Shown here piece after piece: positions 50,201 through 60,590 of a stretch of 64,000 bases of DNA. Source of the DNA: Candidatus Krumholzibacteriia bacterium (lineage in GTDB: Bacteria > Krumholzibacteriota > Krumholzibacteriia > JAJRXK01); the NCBI GenBank assembly GCA_041484665.1, contig JBGPIA010000006.1, positions 128,001-192,000 on the forward strand. The letters are read 5' to 3'. The position numbers and the translations under genes were made by a program. The notes under the pieces were generated by a model. The model searched no databases and was not told where the DNA came from. It saw only the letters and a program-made list of their open reading frames with translations. The first letter of the stretch is position 1. Every line of letters starts with the position of its first letter.

Positions 50201-50351
50201 GTGGACCTCGTGGACAGGTGGTTGGACGGAGAGGCTCCGACGGCCCCGCGGATCCGACCGCTCGATGGCTCCGAGCCTGGCGGCCGGTCTCGGCGGCGTT
50301 ACCGTCCCTACCTAAGTCTACGCCTGCGAGCGTCGAAGCGAACAAAGGGGG

Positions 50352-50447
50352 GGTGATGATCAGCCATAGATACAGAAAGCCCGCAACTCTCGCGTACATG
50401 CGTTGCGTTCTTTCCGTCGAACTGTATTCCATTCTAATGTCTGTCAT
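50352..50447 (-). pseudogene. N-terminal fragment of a DUF4386-like membrane protein
   Basis: TQRMYARVAGFLYLWLII, after which similarity ends. Confidence 0.5.
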
Positions 50448-50760
50448 TGCATCGCTCGGAGCGGCGGCTCGCCGCATCGTAGTATTCACGCACGACTGGC
50501 CTGATCTTTAGAGAGCTGTCCGCACGCTGGCCTGCTCCTTCAATCGTTGTTCGTTCACGCCGATCACGAGGAGTCACACGGTCAGCGATCCCTTCGAGGT
50601 CAAAGAGCGCCGCGAGCAAAGTGAGGCTCCTGTTCAGCGGCTTAAAGGTGCGCGGCTGGGTGTCGAGGAAGCCCTGCACCGCAGGAAACCCTGGCCCGGT
50701 TAGCCGCGATGAAGACAGCCGACTGCTACTCAAGGTATGAGCGTGGTCGGTGGCGGTACC

Positions 50761-50865
50761 GCCCACCGTTCGTCCTTGAGATCCACGTGCTCCCTGCTGG
50801 GCGCCGTCCATGATGCCGCGCGGGAGCAGTTTAGCAGGTCGGTCCATTTGTGAGCGAGGTTCTAG
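50761..50865 (-). mobile_element. Second IS5-family left-end remnant
   Basis: 93 bp align ungapped with 48118-48210 (78/93 identical by hand count); encodes VDLKDERWA; CTAG at 50862-50865. Confidence 0.75.
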
Positions 50866-50891
50866 TCAGCCCGGGGACGGCGCTCAAGGTC

Positions 50892-50999
50892 CACAGCGGG
50901 CGTAGTGGGCGCAGTGGGCTCGGTGGGCGTAGCAGGCGTAGTGGGCGCAGTGGGCTCGGTGGGCGCAGCGGACGTAGCGGGCGTAGCGGGCGCAGTGGG
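50892..50999. repeat. 9-bp tandem repeat, 12 units (CGYAGYGGG) with 36-bp higher-order period
   Basis: cacagcggg cgtagtggg cgcagtggg ctcggtggg cgtagcagg cgtagtggg cgcagtggg ctcggtggg cgcagcgga cgtagcggg cgtagcggg cgcagtggg. Confidence 0.9.
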
Positions 51000-51226
51000 C
51001 CGTGGCGCGGGAGCCGAGCCCTGCCCCGAGCTCTGAGGCTGCCGAGGCGTAGCGGCGTGCAGTTGAGCCCGAGGAAGCGTGCCCGGGTTCCAGCAGACAT
51101 GCTACCTTCCCCGGACTGGCCGGCGGCGGAGGTCGCGTAGCGCGCTGGGCGGAGTGTCGGGCGCGAACGTGCCGGAGCCGCGGTTGGACAGCTTCTGTAG
51201 AGGGTTGGCGCCCAGGAGGCTCGCTC

Positions 51227-51988
51227 GTGATCGAAGTCGAATCTCTCACCAAGCTCTACGGCGACCTGGTAGCGGTCGAGGACCTGAGCTTCACCGTCCA
51301 GCCCGGCGAGGTGTTGGGGCTCGTGGGCCCCAATGGAGCGGGCAAGACCACCACCATCCGGTGTCTGGTGGGGATTCTCCGTCCGACGCGGGGAGGCGTG
51401 CGCATCTGCGGCCACGACCTGCTCGCCGAGCCCGTCGAGGCCAAGCGGGCGCTGGCCTACGTCCCCGACGAGCCCAGGCTCTTCGAGTACCTGACGGTCG
51501 ACGAGCATTTGCAATTCACCGCCCGGATCTACGGCGTCCAGGACGCGCCGGCGCGCGCCGGTGCCCTGCTCGAGGAGTTGGAGCTCGGCGGGAAGGGGAA
51601 GTCGCTTCCGGGTGAGCTGTCGCGCGGGATGCGCCAGAAACTCGCCATCGCCTGCGGCCTGTTGCATCAGCCAGGCTCGTTGCTGCTGGATGAGCCCCTG
51701 ACCGGGCTCGATCCGGTGGGCATCCGGCGCATGAAGCGCACGATCGTGGAGCGCGCCCGTCAGGGCGCTTCGGTCATCGTCTCCTCCCACTTGTTGCACC
51801 TGCTCGAGGAGATCGCCGACCGCGTGCTGATCATCCAGAACGGCCGCAAGGTGGCGCACGGCAACCAAGCCGAGATCCGCTCGCTCGTGCCGGAGCTCGC
51901 GGACTCGGCGGACCTGGAGGAGATCTTCATCCGCGTCACGGGCGCCGACGATGGGGCCGTGCCCCCGGCAGGTGGAGCGCTCCGGTGA
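51227..51988 (+). CDS. ABC transporter ATP-binding protein (exporter type)
   Basis: GPNGAGKTT, LSRGMRQK, LLLDEP, SSH; AGGAGG RBS. Confidence 0.96.
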   Translation: MIEVESLTKLYGDLVAVEDLSFTVQPGEVLGLVGPNGAGKTTTIRCLVGILRPTRGGVRICGHDLLAEPVEAKRALAYVPDEPRLFEYLTVDEHLQFTARIYGVQDAPARAGALLEELELGGKGKSLPGELSRGMRQKLAIACGLLHQPGSLLLDEPLTGLDPVGIRRMKRTIVERARQGASVIVSSHLLHLLEEIADRVLIIQNGRKVAHGNQAEIRSLVPELADSADLEEIFIRVTGADDGAVPPAGGALR

Positions 51989-53748
51989 TCGGCGTCTACC
52001 TGTTCCTGGCCACGCGCACGGCGCGCAACCTCGTGACCCACCGCCTGAAGCGGCTGCGCCAGCCCCGCTACCTGGTGGCCACCGTGCTGGGCGCACTCTA
52101 CTTCTATTGGAGCATCTTCGCGCGCCGCGGGTTCTCCGGCGGCGGCGGTACTGGAGACCCTTGGCGCGTCGCCGCGGGATTGGCGATGTTGCCCCACGGG
52201 TTGCTCGAATTGGCGGGAACGGCCGCGCTGTTCATCGTACTGGCGCTGGCGTGGGTAGTGCCCCAGTCGGGCGCGGCGCTGCGGTTCAGCGAAGCCGAGG
52301 TGCAGTTCCTCTTCACCGCGCCGCTCTCCCGGCGCAGTCTCATCCACTACAAGCTGGTGCGCTCCCAGGCGATGTTGATCCTGGGAGCGCTGGTGGCCTC
52401 CATCGTCCTCAACGGCAGGTTCTGGCGCCCCGGGAGCGCGCCCATGCTGCTGGGGATCTGGATCTTGCTCGCCACCCTGAACCTCCACTTCCTGGCCTTG
52501 GGGCTCACGCGCACCAGCCTCATCGAGCATGGTGTGTCCGCGGCACGCCGCAGGCTGATCGTGCTCGGGGTGCTGGTGGCGCTCGTGGCCGCGGCGGCCT
52601 GGGGGGTGCGCGCGGCGTTTCCGGCGCTGCGCACGGCGGCCGTGCAGGGCGCGCGCGCGGCACTGGAAGAAACGGTGCGTGTGGGCCACGCGGGAATCCT
52701 GGGCGTGTTGCTGTTCCCGCTGCGCGTCATGGTGCGACCCGCGCTGGCACCCGATCTGCGCGCCTTCGCCATCGTCGTCCCGGGGGCGCTCGCTCTGCTG
52801 GGCCTCAACTACGCGTGGGCCGTGACCTCCCAGGCGGCGTTCGAGGAGGCATCGGCGGAGGCATCGGCACGGCGCGCGCGCCGCATGGAGCGCCGGCGCG
52901 CCGGACACGGGCGCACCGTGCTGCGAGCGGGAACGTCGCGCCGGGCCCCGTTCGCGCTGCGTCCCGCGGGCCGGCCGGAGGTGGCGGTGGTGTGGAAGAA
53001 CCTCATCGCCGCGGGACGGGTCTGGAACGTCCGGGCGCTCGTGTTGGTGGGGGTATTGCTGGTGATGTCGATCGGCCTGGCCGGCGGGCTCGCGCACGGA
53101 TCGGGCACGGTCTTCACCGTGGCAGCCGCGTCGCTAGCCGGCGTGGCCGTCCTCCTGATGCTGCTCGGCGCCACCATGATGCGCAACGACCTGAGGCAGG
53201 ACCTGCTGGCGCTGGATGCGCTGAAATGCTATCCGCTGAGCGGGACCTCCATGGTGTTGGCGGAGGTGCTGTCGCCGGTGGTCATGCTCACGGCCGCGCA
53301 GTGGCTCCTGCTTGCCATTGCGGCGCTCCTGAGCCCGCTGGGCGGCTTCCGTCAACTGGGCCTGGCCACCCGGCTGTGCATCATTCTGTCGGCCATGGTG
53401 CTGGCCCCGTCGCTCAATTTCGTGACCGTGACGGTGCAGAATGCAGCGGTATTGATCTTCCCCGCCTGGGTTTCACTGGGACAGAGCCGGGCGCAGGGGC
53501 TGGAGGCCACTGGGCAGCGCATGATCAACTTCGTTGGCACATTACTGGTGCTGCTCTTCGCCTGCGTGCCCGCGGCGCTCACGGCGGGGCTGACGCTGCT
53601 GATCACCTGGAGCTTCATGGGGACGTGGAGCATTCCCATCGTGGCGTTGGTTGCATCGCTCACCCTGGCCGCGGAGGGCGCCGTCGCACTCGTGGGGCTG
53701 GGAAAGCTGTTCGAGAAGCTGGATCCCTCGACGGCGGGGATCACGTGA
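51985..53748 (+). CDS. Putative ABC exporter permease
   Basis: Multi-TM; FSEAEVQFLFTAP, WKNL, RNDLRQDL; GTGA overlap with the ATPase gene. Confidence 0.88.
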   Translation: MIGVYLFLATRTARNLVTHRLKRLRQPRYLVATVLGALYFYWSIFARRGFSGGGGTGDPWRVAAGLAMLPHGLLELAGTAALFIVLALAWVVPQSGAALRFSEAEVQFLFTAPLSRRSLIHYKLVRSQAMLILGALVASIVLNGRFWRPGSAPMLLGIWILLATLNLHFLALGLTRTSLIEHGVSAARRRLIVLGVLVALVAAAAWGVRAAFPALRTAAVQGARAALEETVRVGHAGILGVLLFPLRVMVRPALAPDLRAFAIVVPGALALLGLNYAWAVTSQAAFEEASAEASARRARRMERRRAGHGRTVLRAGTSRRAPFALRPAGRPEVAVVWKNLIAAGRVWNVRALVLVGVLLVMSIGLAGGLAHGSGTVFTVAAASLAGVAVLLMLLGATMMRNDLRQDLLALDALKCYPLSGTSMVLAEVLSPVVMLTAAQWLLLAIAALLSPLGGFRQLGLATRLCIILSAMVLAPSLNFVTVTVQNAAVLIFPAWVSLGQSRAQGLEATGQRMINFVGTLLVLLFACVPAALTAGLTLLITWSFMGTWSIPIVALVASLTLAAEGAVALVGLGKLFEKLDPSTAGIT

Positions 53749-53788
53749 GGCGTCGCAGCGGGGCTCACCTGAGCCTCCGTTGGGAGCA

Positions 53789-54622
53789 ATGACCTTGATG
53801 CCGAGCGTTTTCATCTCGCACGGAGCGCCCAGCCTGTCGCTGGACGGGGGGCCCGCCCGCGACTTCCTGCAAGCATTGCCCGCGACCCTGCCACACCCGC
53901 GCGCGATCCTGTGCATCTCGGCCCACTGGGAGACGCCGGCGCCCCGCGTGACGGGTAGCCCCGCACCGGAGACGATCCACGACTTCTACGGCTTCCCCGA
54001 AGCCCTCTACGCCCTGCGCTACCCGTCGCCGGGCGATCCGCAGCTCGCCCGCCGCGTCGCGGGGCTCCTGGTCGACGCGGGCTTGCCCGCGGACGTCGAT
54101 CCAGAGCGCGGCCTGGACCACGGAGCGTGGGTGCCGCTTATGCTCATGGCCCCGCGGGCCGACGTGCCCGTCGTGCAGCTCTCCGTGCAGACGCGCCTGG
54201 GGCCCCAGCACCAGCTCGCTGTGGGCCGCGCGTTGGCGCCGCTGCGCGCGGAGAGCGTGCTGATCCTGGGCAGCGGCGGCGCGACGCACAATCTCGGCGA
54301 GCTGCAGTGGGGCGGAAGCGACGCCCTCCCCCCCGCGTTCGCGGGCGCCTTCGACGACTGGCTCGCGGACGCGGTGGCCGCGGGCGACGAGGCGGCGCTC
54401 CTGCGCTACCGCGACGTGGCCCCCCACGCGCAGCGCAACCACCCAACAGCCGAGCATTTCCTGCCGCTCTTCGTGCCGCTGGGCGCGGCGCATGAGGGGG
54501 CGCTGACGGCTGCGAACGAGGCGCCACGCGCGAACATGGCCAAGGGCGCGGGCGGCCGCGTGCTGCACCGCAGCTTCGCGTACGGATCGCTGTCGATGGC
54601 CGCATTCCAGTGGGGAACGTGA
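53789..54622 (+). CDS. DODA/LigB-type extradiol dioxygenase (YgiD-like)
   Basis: FISHGAP, SAHWE, IHDFYGFP, RGLDHGAWVPL, GSGGATHNL, HPTAEHFLPL. Confidence 0.95.
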   Translation: MTLMPSVFISHGAPSLSLDGGPARDFLQALPATLPHPRAILCISAHWETPAPRVTGSPAPETIHDFYGFPEALYALRYPSPGDPQLARRVAGLLVDAGLPADVDPERGLDHGAWVPLMLMAPRADVPVVQLSVQTRLGPQHQLAVGRALAPLRAESVLILGSGGATHNLGELQWGGSDALPPAFAGAFDDWLADAVAAGDEAALLRYRDVAPHAQRNHPTAEHFLPLFVPLGAAHEGALTAANEAPRANMAKGAGGRVLHRSFAYGSLSMAAFQWGT

Positions 54623-54638
54623 GCGCGGTCGAGTTGTC

Positions 54639-55421
54639 ATGAGACTCGCCCTCACCCGCGACGTCAGCCCCGCGCTCGCGCGCTGCGAGCTGACCCATCT
54701 GCCGCGCCAGCCCATCGACGTCGAGCGCGCCCGCCATCAGCACCAGCGCTACCAGGCGTGCCTCGCCGAGCTCGGCTGCGAGGTCGTATGCCTGCCCGCC
54801 GAAGCCGAGCTGCCCGACTCGGTGTTCGTCGAGGACATGGCGGTGGTGCTCGACGAGCTGGCGATCCTCACGCACCCCGGCGCGGCCTCGCGCCAGCCAG
54901 AGCTCGACTCGATCGCCGTGGAGCTGGCGCCGCACCGCACGCTCGTCCGCATCGAGCCCCCGGCGACGCTCGACGGCGGAGACGTACTGCGCATTGGGCG
55001 CACGCTGTACGTCGGGCTCTCCAACCGCAGCGGCGCCCAGGCCGTCGAGCAGCTCGCGCGGATCCTCGCCGCGTACGGCTACACCGTGCGCGGCGTGCCG
55101 GTGACGGGCTGCCTGCACCTGAAGTCGGCGGTCTCACTGGTGGCGGAGAATACGGTGCTCCTGAATCCCGGGTGGGTGAGCGGGGAAGCCTTCGCGGCGC
55201 TCGAGCGCATCGAGGTTGACCCCTCCGAGCCCTTCGCCGCCAATGCGCTTTGGATCGACTCCATGATCGTGTACCCGGCGGCGTGCCAAAGGACCCGGCA
55301 GCGCCTGCAGCAGCGCGGGCTCGGTGTGATCCCGGTCGACGTGTCGGAACTGGCCAAAGCGGAGGGCGGCGTCACTTGCTGCAGCCTCATCCTGGACGTG
55401 CCCGGGGGCAGCAGCCGCTGA
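54639..55421 (+). CDS. ddah: N(G),N(G)-dimethylarginine dimethylaminohydrolase (amidinotransferase fold)
   Basis: PDSVFVED, LDGGDVL, LHLKS, GGVTCCS catalytic motifs. Confidence 0.92.
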   Translation: MRLALTRDVSPALARCELTHLPRQPIDVERARHQHQRYQACLAELGCEVVCLPAEAELPDSVFVEDMAVVLDELAILTHPGAASRQPELDSIAVELAPHRTLVRIEPPATLDGGDVLRIGRTLYVGLSNRSGAQAVEQLARILAAYGYTVRGVPVTGCLHLKSAVSLVAENTVLLNPGWVSGEAFAALERIEVDPSEPFAANALWIDSMIVYPAACQRTRQRLQQRGLGVIPVDVSELAKAEGGVTCCSLILDVPGGSSR

Positions 55422-56126
55422 CGAGGACTTGGACGACTCCGCCGGGCTTGGACCCGGGCACGGGAACGGGCGGCAGGCGTGGACCTGGGCACGGACGACC
55501 GCCGCGGACGTGGACGACCTCCACTGTCTGGCGCGGGCCGAGCAGCGGCGCCGATCGCTCCGAGTGGCCCGCTGGCCGGTTCGCTCACGTCCGGGTCCGC
55601 GCCCCGCTCGATCCGCAGGACGGGAATTTGCGATCCGCCTGTATCAGGCACCCTGCGTTCCTCCTCCTTTCCTGTACCTCCGCGCCCGGCGATCCGGCCA
55701 ATGCCGTGTGGGCCCTGGGCCTCCGTGCGCTGACGCGCCTCCCGGACGGGATTTTCCCAGAGACCTCCCGATGCCGGGGTGGCCGCGATGTGGGATCCGG
55801 GACCGGCGCACGCGGCCGGTATCGCTGATCGGGCCTGCCGACGCGCCCCTCGCGCTGGCGGCAGCCCCAGCGCAGGGCCCGCTCTTTCGCGCTGGACGCG
55901 GAGGCCCGGTTTGATGAACGTCGGCGGCAGGCCTGACTCCTCGAGCAGGCTTCAAGGGGACCGGCTGCCGACGGCGTCGCGGTGTGGGGCGGCGGGTCGG
56001 TCGCCCGTGGCTGGCGGCGTGGACGTGACGTGCTCCCGCAAGGGAGCACGGTACCGAAGCGCTTGAGGAGGGAGGCCGTGCGCGGCGCGTCCCCTTCCGC
56101 CCCGACACCGCGTCCGGAGGCATCGC

Positions 56127-56738
56127 TTGGCCGAGGAAGGCCGTGGGAGCGGCGCGCAGGCGAGCCGCTCCGACCGCACCGCCCCGGACTCCGAGGGCGC
56201 ACCCTCGGACGACGCCTCTCTGCTGCTGCGGTGCCAGCAGGGCGACGAGCGCGCTTGGAATGTCCTGGTCGACCGCTATGAGCGTCTCGTCTACTCGGTG
56301 GCGCTGCGGACCGGGCTGGACCGGGAGGTCGCCGTCGACGTGTTCCAGCAGGTCTGGCTCGAGCTGTACCGTTCGATCGCGCGCATCCGCGATCCCAAGG
56401 CCCTTCCCCGCTGGCTGATCGTCTCTACGCGCCGATTGGCCTACAAGGTCGCAGTTCTGGGCAGCCGCACGGTGGACGGCGTGCTGGAGGAAATGGTCGA
56501 CCCCGCGGCCCTCCCCGATGCGCACATCGAGGAGCTCAACCGCCGCCGCTGGCTGGAGGAGGGTTTGCGCCGCCTGGGCGATCCGTGCGCGCGCCTGCTG
56601 CGCCTGCTGTTCCTGGAGCCCAAGGAGCCCAGCTACCAGGAGATCGCCCAACGCACGGGCTTGGCCATCGGGTCGATCGGACCCATCCGGGCGCGATGCC
56701 TGACGCGCTTACGCCGTGTGCTGGAGACCTCGCCATGA
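56127..56738 (+). CDS. ECF sigma-70 factor
   Basis: GDERAWNVLVDRY, DVFQQVW, WL, SYQEIA..G..IGSIGPIRARCL. Confidence 0.92.
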   Translation: MAEEGRGSGAQASRSDRTAPDSEGAPSDDASLLLRCQQGDERAWNVLVDRYERLVYSVALRTGLDREVAVDVFQQVWLELYRSIARIRDPKALPRWLIVSTRRLAYKVAVLGSRTVDGVLEEMVDPAALPDAHIEELNRRRWLEEGLRRLGDPCARLLRLLFLEPKEPSYQEIAQRTGLAIGSIGPIRARCLTRLRRVLETSP

Positions 56739-57373
56739 CTGCCAGGAGCCGCGGCAAGACCGCGAGAAGCCGCGGCGCGGGCGAGCCGCCGGTGCATCCC
56801 TCGCTCCTGGACTGGATGCAGTGGCTGCGTGGCCGCCTCGACGGCGCGCGCGCGGCGCAGCTGCAGGCGCACCTTCAAGAGTGCGCTCGCTGCACGAAGG
56901 ACCGGGAGCTCCTGGCACCGTTTTATGGCGCCGTGCGGGTAGGGCCGCTGTCAGCTCCGCCGCGCCGCGCACGCGAGCGCGTGCGCCGGCTACCGGCACA
57001 GCGGCCCGCCCCGCCCGCTCCCGCCCGTCCCCACTCCGTGCGCTGGCCGGCGCGCGACGTGCGCGGCTTCGGACCCGCCTCCACCGGCGAATCGGCGATG
57101 GTGGCGCGCTCCTGTCCGGGCGCGGAGATCAGCGTCATGGCGACGCCGCCGCGCGGAGACGGCCGCTGGCGCATCGAGGGGCGCGTCTGGCTGCACCAGC
57201 CCGATGCCCGGGCGATCGGCGTGGTGCTCGCCCACGACGACCACGTGCTGGCCACCGCCGAGTTGCGCGACGGTGGCCAATTCGCCCTCGAGGAAATCGT
57301 GAGCACGGGCTGGACACTGGAGTTCCACCTGCCCGCCGGCGGCACCCTCGTGCTGAAGGACCCGTTCGCATGA
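56735..57373 (+). CDS. Putative soluble anti-sigma factor (zf-HC2 motif + C-terminal beta-sandwich)
   Basis: HLQECARC (HxxxCxxC); ATGA overlaps with both neighbours; no TM helix seen. Confidence 0.7.
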   Translation: MTARSRGKTARSRGAGEPPVHPSLLDWMQWLRGRLDGARAAQLQAHLQECARCTKDRELLAPFYGAVRVGPLSAPPRRARERVRRLPAQRPAPPAPARPHSVRWPARDVRGFGPASTGESAMVARSCPGAEISVMATPPRGDGRWRIEGRVWLHQPDARAIGVVLAHDDHVLATAELRDGGQFALEEIVSTGWTLEFHLPAGGTLVLKDPFA

Positions 57374-60309
57374 GTGCACGCTCGCGCACCCGGACGACCC
57401 CGGCGGCACCACGCACGGATGCCGCGATCCGCCGGCTGCTGGAGCTGCCGGCCGATCCGTCACTGCTGGCGGGGTGGGCGCGCCGTGCCCGTGGGGCGCG
57501 CGGCACGCCTGCACGGCGCGCCTCGCAGGCAAAGCCCAGCGAGCATGTGCCCCGTGGTCCGCGCGGTCAGCGTGCCGGCCGGCTGGGATCCGCGCCCGCC
57601 CGCGACGACGCGCAGCTGCTGCAGGAGCTCTACGAACTGATCCACGAACACACGCGGGTGCACCCCGCCCACGCCCTCCAGGCCGCCGACCACGTGCGCC
57701 AGGCCCTGGGTCGCTCCCTGCGCCCGGCCGACCGCGCGCGCTGGACCCGCCTGCGGGGCCACGCGCTGCGCAACGTTGGCCGCGCCGAAGACGCCGCCAC
57801 CCATTACGCGGCGGCCTGGAAGGCGTTCTCGGCGCTGGGTCTGCGCGACGAGCTGGGCCCGACCGCGATCGGATGGGTGGACGCCCTGGCGCTCGCGGGC
57901 CGTCCCGACGAGGCCGCGCGGGTGGCCGCGCGGGGGCGTCGCACGCTGCCGGCCTCCGACCGTCTCGCCCATGCGCGCCTCTCGGCCAACCTCGGCAACG
58001 CCCACTACTGGGCCGGCCGGCTGGACGACGCAAACGAGCTGTACCGGGCCGCGCGCCGGCGCTTCCTCGCCGCACGGCGGCCCGCCGAGGCGGCGCTGTG
58101 CTCCTACAATCTCGCCAGCGCCTTGCTGCTGCAGGGCAAGGCGCGCGCGGCTCGCCCGCTGTTTGTGCAAGCCGAGGCCGCCCTGGGGAAGGCCGGCGCC
58201 CGCGTGCTGCAGTTGCAGGCTCGCTACGGACTGGCGTCGGTCGACCTCGTGGAAGGCCGCTGGGAGCAGGGCACGCGCGCGCTGGCTGCTCTCCAGCAGG
58301 AGCTCAGCCGCCGTGGAGACGAGCGCGCCTGCGCCGCGGTGCGCCGCGAGCTGGCGGGCCTGCTCGCGGCGCTGGGCGCCGTCGAGGCCGCCGAGCCGGC
58401 CGCGCGGGAGGCGCACGCCGCGTACGCTCGCCTGGGCCTGCGCGGCGAGCAGGCGCACGCCGCCTTCCTGCACGCCCGTCTGCTCACGATGCTGGACCGC
58501 CACCACGACGCGCAGGTGCGCCTGAACCAGGCCCAGGCGCACTGGAAGCGCACGCGCAATCCATGGGCGTTGCGCCTGACCGAGCTGGAGCTCGCGCGCA
58601 CCTTGCTGCACCGCGGCCGGCCGCAGCATGCCTTGCGGCTGCTGCTGCGCGCGCAGGGGACCCTCGACCGGCGCGACCGCGCCGGAGCCGGCGCACGTTG
58701 CCGAGCACTGACCGCGCAGGCCCTGCTCGCAGCGCGGCGACCCGCCCGGGCCGCGACCCTCGCGCAGGCGGCCTTCGCGCAGGCGCGCGCCTATCCAGCG
58801 AGCCTGGAGCGCCCCTGGTCGGCGTTGACCGCTGCGCAATCGCTGCAGCAGCAGGGGCACGACGACGCGGCGGTGCGCTGGGCCAAACGCGCGGTGCGCG
58901 CGTTGGAGCGACTCCACGACCGGCTCGGCAGCCGGGGCCTGCGCGCCAGCGTGGCGGGAAGCCGCGATCGTCTCTACCGCGGCGCGGTCGAGGTCGTCCT
59001 GCGGCGCGGCGGGCCGCGCGCCGGTCGCGCCGCCCTGGACCTCATTGCCACCGCCCGCTCGGCCCAGCTCATCGAGGACCTGCTGCGCCGCGATCCTCGG
59101 CTGTTGCGCGGCGAGCTGCGCACGGCGATCGCGCGCCTGCGCGACGAGCTCCTCTCAGCGCGCGACCCCGGCGTGCACGACGTACGCTCGCGGGCGCTGC
59201 GCGGGCAGCTGGAGCAGCTCGAGAGCCGCCTGGCCGGCGGCCCGCAGGTTCCCCGCGGGCTCGTGCGCAAAGCTGCGGCCACGCGCACGGTGGAGCGGTG
59301 GGCTCCGCGGCTGGCCGGCCGCGAGCTCGTCCTGTACGACCGCACGCAGGACGGCTGGCGAGCGTTCCGCGTGCGCGACGACGACGGGGCCGGCACCCGG
59401 ATGGCGCAGGTCGCGCACCGGACCGCAGTCGACTGGCTGCCGCTCCCCGATGGAGAGCGCGCCCTGCGCGAGGCGTGGCTGCCGCTGCGGATGCTGCTGG
59501 AGGCCGCCGCCCACGCGCCGCGCGCCCGCCGGCGCTCGCTGCTGGAGCGGACGGTGGACGAGGCAACCGCAGCCGTGGGAGCGCTGCGCGAGGCGTTCTG
59601 GACTCCGTTGGGCCTGCAGCCGGGCAGCAACGTCGTTGTCGTGCCGTCGGGGATGCTGCACGGTGTCCCGTTGGAAGCGCTGCCAGAGCCCGCAGCGTCC
59701 CTGGAGCCGGTCGTCTCGCGCCTGCCGCACCCGGCAGTGTTGCGCGACGACCCCAGGCGACGGCGCACCCTGGCCCTGCTGCTGCACGGGACCGACCCGG
59801 GTGGCCGGCGCGAGGTGGACGACGTCCGCACGGAACTGCAGCGTGCCGGCTGGCGGACGTGCGTCGGCGACCTGCGCGCGGATCTGCAGCGACAACGCGA
59901 GCCCGTGGGCGTGCTGCACGTCGCAGCCCACGGGAGCTTCCACCGCGAGCAGGCCATGTTGTCGGGGATCCGGCTGGCCGACGGCTGGATCGGTTTCGAG
60001 CAGCTCGACCCCAAGGTCGTCGGTGGGTCCCTTCTCTATTTTGGAAGCTGCGAGTCGGGCCTGGCGCGCGAGGGGCCCGGCGCGGAGCTGGACGGATGGC
60101 TGGCCGCTGGGCTGGGGGCCGGGGCGCGCGAGCTGGTGCTGACCCTCTGGAAGCTCGACGACGAGGCGGCCCTGGCGTTCGCCCGCGAGTTCTACCCCCG
60201 CTGGTTGGGGGGTGTGCCCGCGCCACGAGCGGCGTCGGCCGCGCGCGCGGAACTCCGCCGGGTGCTTCCACATCCGTTTTCCTGGGCGCCCTTCGCGGTG
60301 CTCGGATGA
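57370..60309 (+). CDS. TPR + CHAT domain protein
   Basis: TPR-like helices; VVPSGMLHGVP, LHVAAHG (His), GSCESG (Cys), LWKLDD, HPFSWAPF. Confidence 0.9.
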   Translation: MSARSRTRTTPAAPRTDAAIRRLLELPADPSLLAGWARRARGARGTPARRASQAKPSEHVPRGPRGQRAGRLGSAPARDDAQLLQELYELIHEHTRVHPAHALQAADHVRQALGRSLRPADRARWTRLRGHALRNVGRAEDAATHYAAAWKAFSALGLRDELGPTAIGWVDALALAGRPDEAARVAARGRRTLPASDRLAHARLSANLGNAHYWAGRLDDANELYRAARRRFLAARRPAEAALCSYNLASALLLQGKARAARPLFVQAEAALGKAGARVLQLQARYGLASVDLVEGRWEQGTRALAALQQELSRRGDERACAAVRRELAGLLAALGAVEAAEPAAREAHAAYARLGLRGEQAHAAFLHARLLTMLDRHHDAQVRLNQAQAHWKRTRNPWALRLTELELARTLLHRGRPQHALRLLLRAQGTLDRRDRAGAGARCRALTAQALLAARRPARAATLAQAAFAQARAYPASLERPWSALTAAQSLQQQGHDDAAVRWAKRAVRALERLHDRLGSRGLRASVAGSRDRLYRGAVEVVLRRGGPRAGRAALDLIATARSAQLIEDLLRRDPRLLRGELRTAIARLRDELLSARDPGVHDVRSRALRGQLEQLESRLAGGPQVPRGLVRKAAATRTVERWAPRLAGRELVLYDRTQDGWRAFRVRDDDGAGTRMAQVAHRTAVDWLPLPDGERALREAWLPLRMLLEAAAHAPRARRRSLLERTVDEATAAVGALREAFWTPLGLQPGSNVVVVPSGMLHGVPLEALPEPAASLEPVVSRLPHPAVLRDDPRRRRTLALLLHGTDPGGRREVDDVRTELQRAGWRTCVGDLRADLQRQREPVGVLHVAAHGSFHREQAMLSGIRLADGWIGFEQLDPKVVGGSLLYFGSCESGLAREGPGAELDGWLAAGLGAGARELVLTLWKLDDEAALAFAREFYPRWLGGVPAPRAASAARAELRRVLPHPFSWAPFAVLG

Positions 60310-60590
60310 GCGGGAGCGCAGCCGGTGAGCGGTGGACCAATGCAGGTCGGTCGTGGGTGCCCGAACCGGAACGGCCGGCTTGGGCAGTCCAGGCCGGCCG
60401 CTGCGCGACCCGCAGGGCAGGCACGCGTCCGACGGCAGAGCTAGGGCGGGGTCTGTGCCGCGGGGGTCGTGCCATGCTAGACTTGCGATCGAACCCTCCA
60501 CGCCCCCACCGGCGCGATACCGCTCCGGCACTGGATCTCGTGCACCGTCCGGGTTTTGGCGTCCCTCCTCCCGGGAGCAGGTCGATCGTT

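Noticed and set aside
55425..55525. Loose TGGACN 6-mer periodicity after ddah
   Set aside because: Too degenerate to define units; probably low-complexity intergenic DNA.
57474..60590. N-terminal part of the 1474-aa ORF as a giant protease fusion
   Set aside because: Shadow frame over the CHAT gene; the S8 protein starts near 60591 with its own signal peptide.
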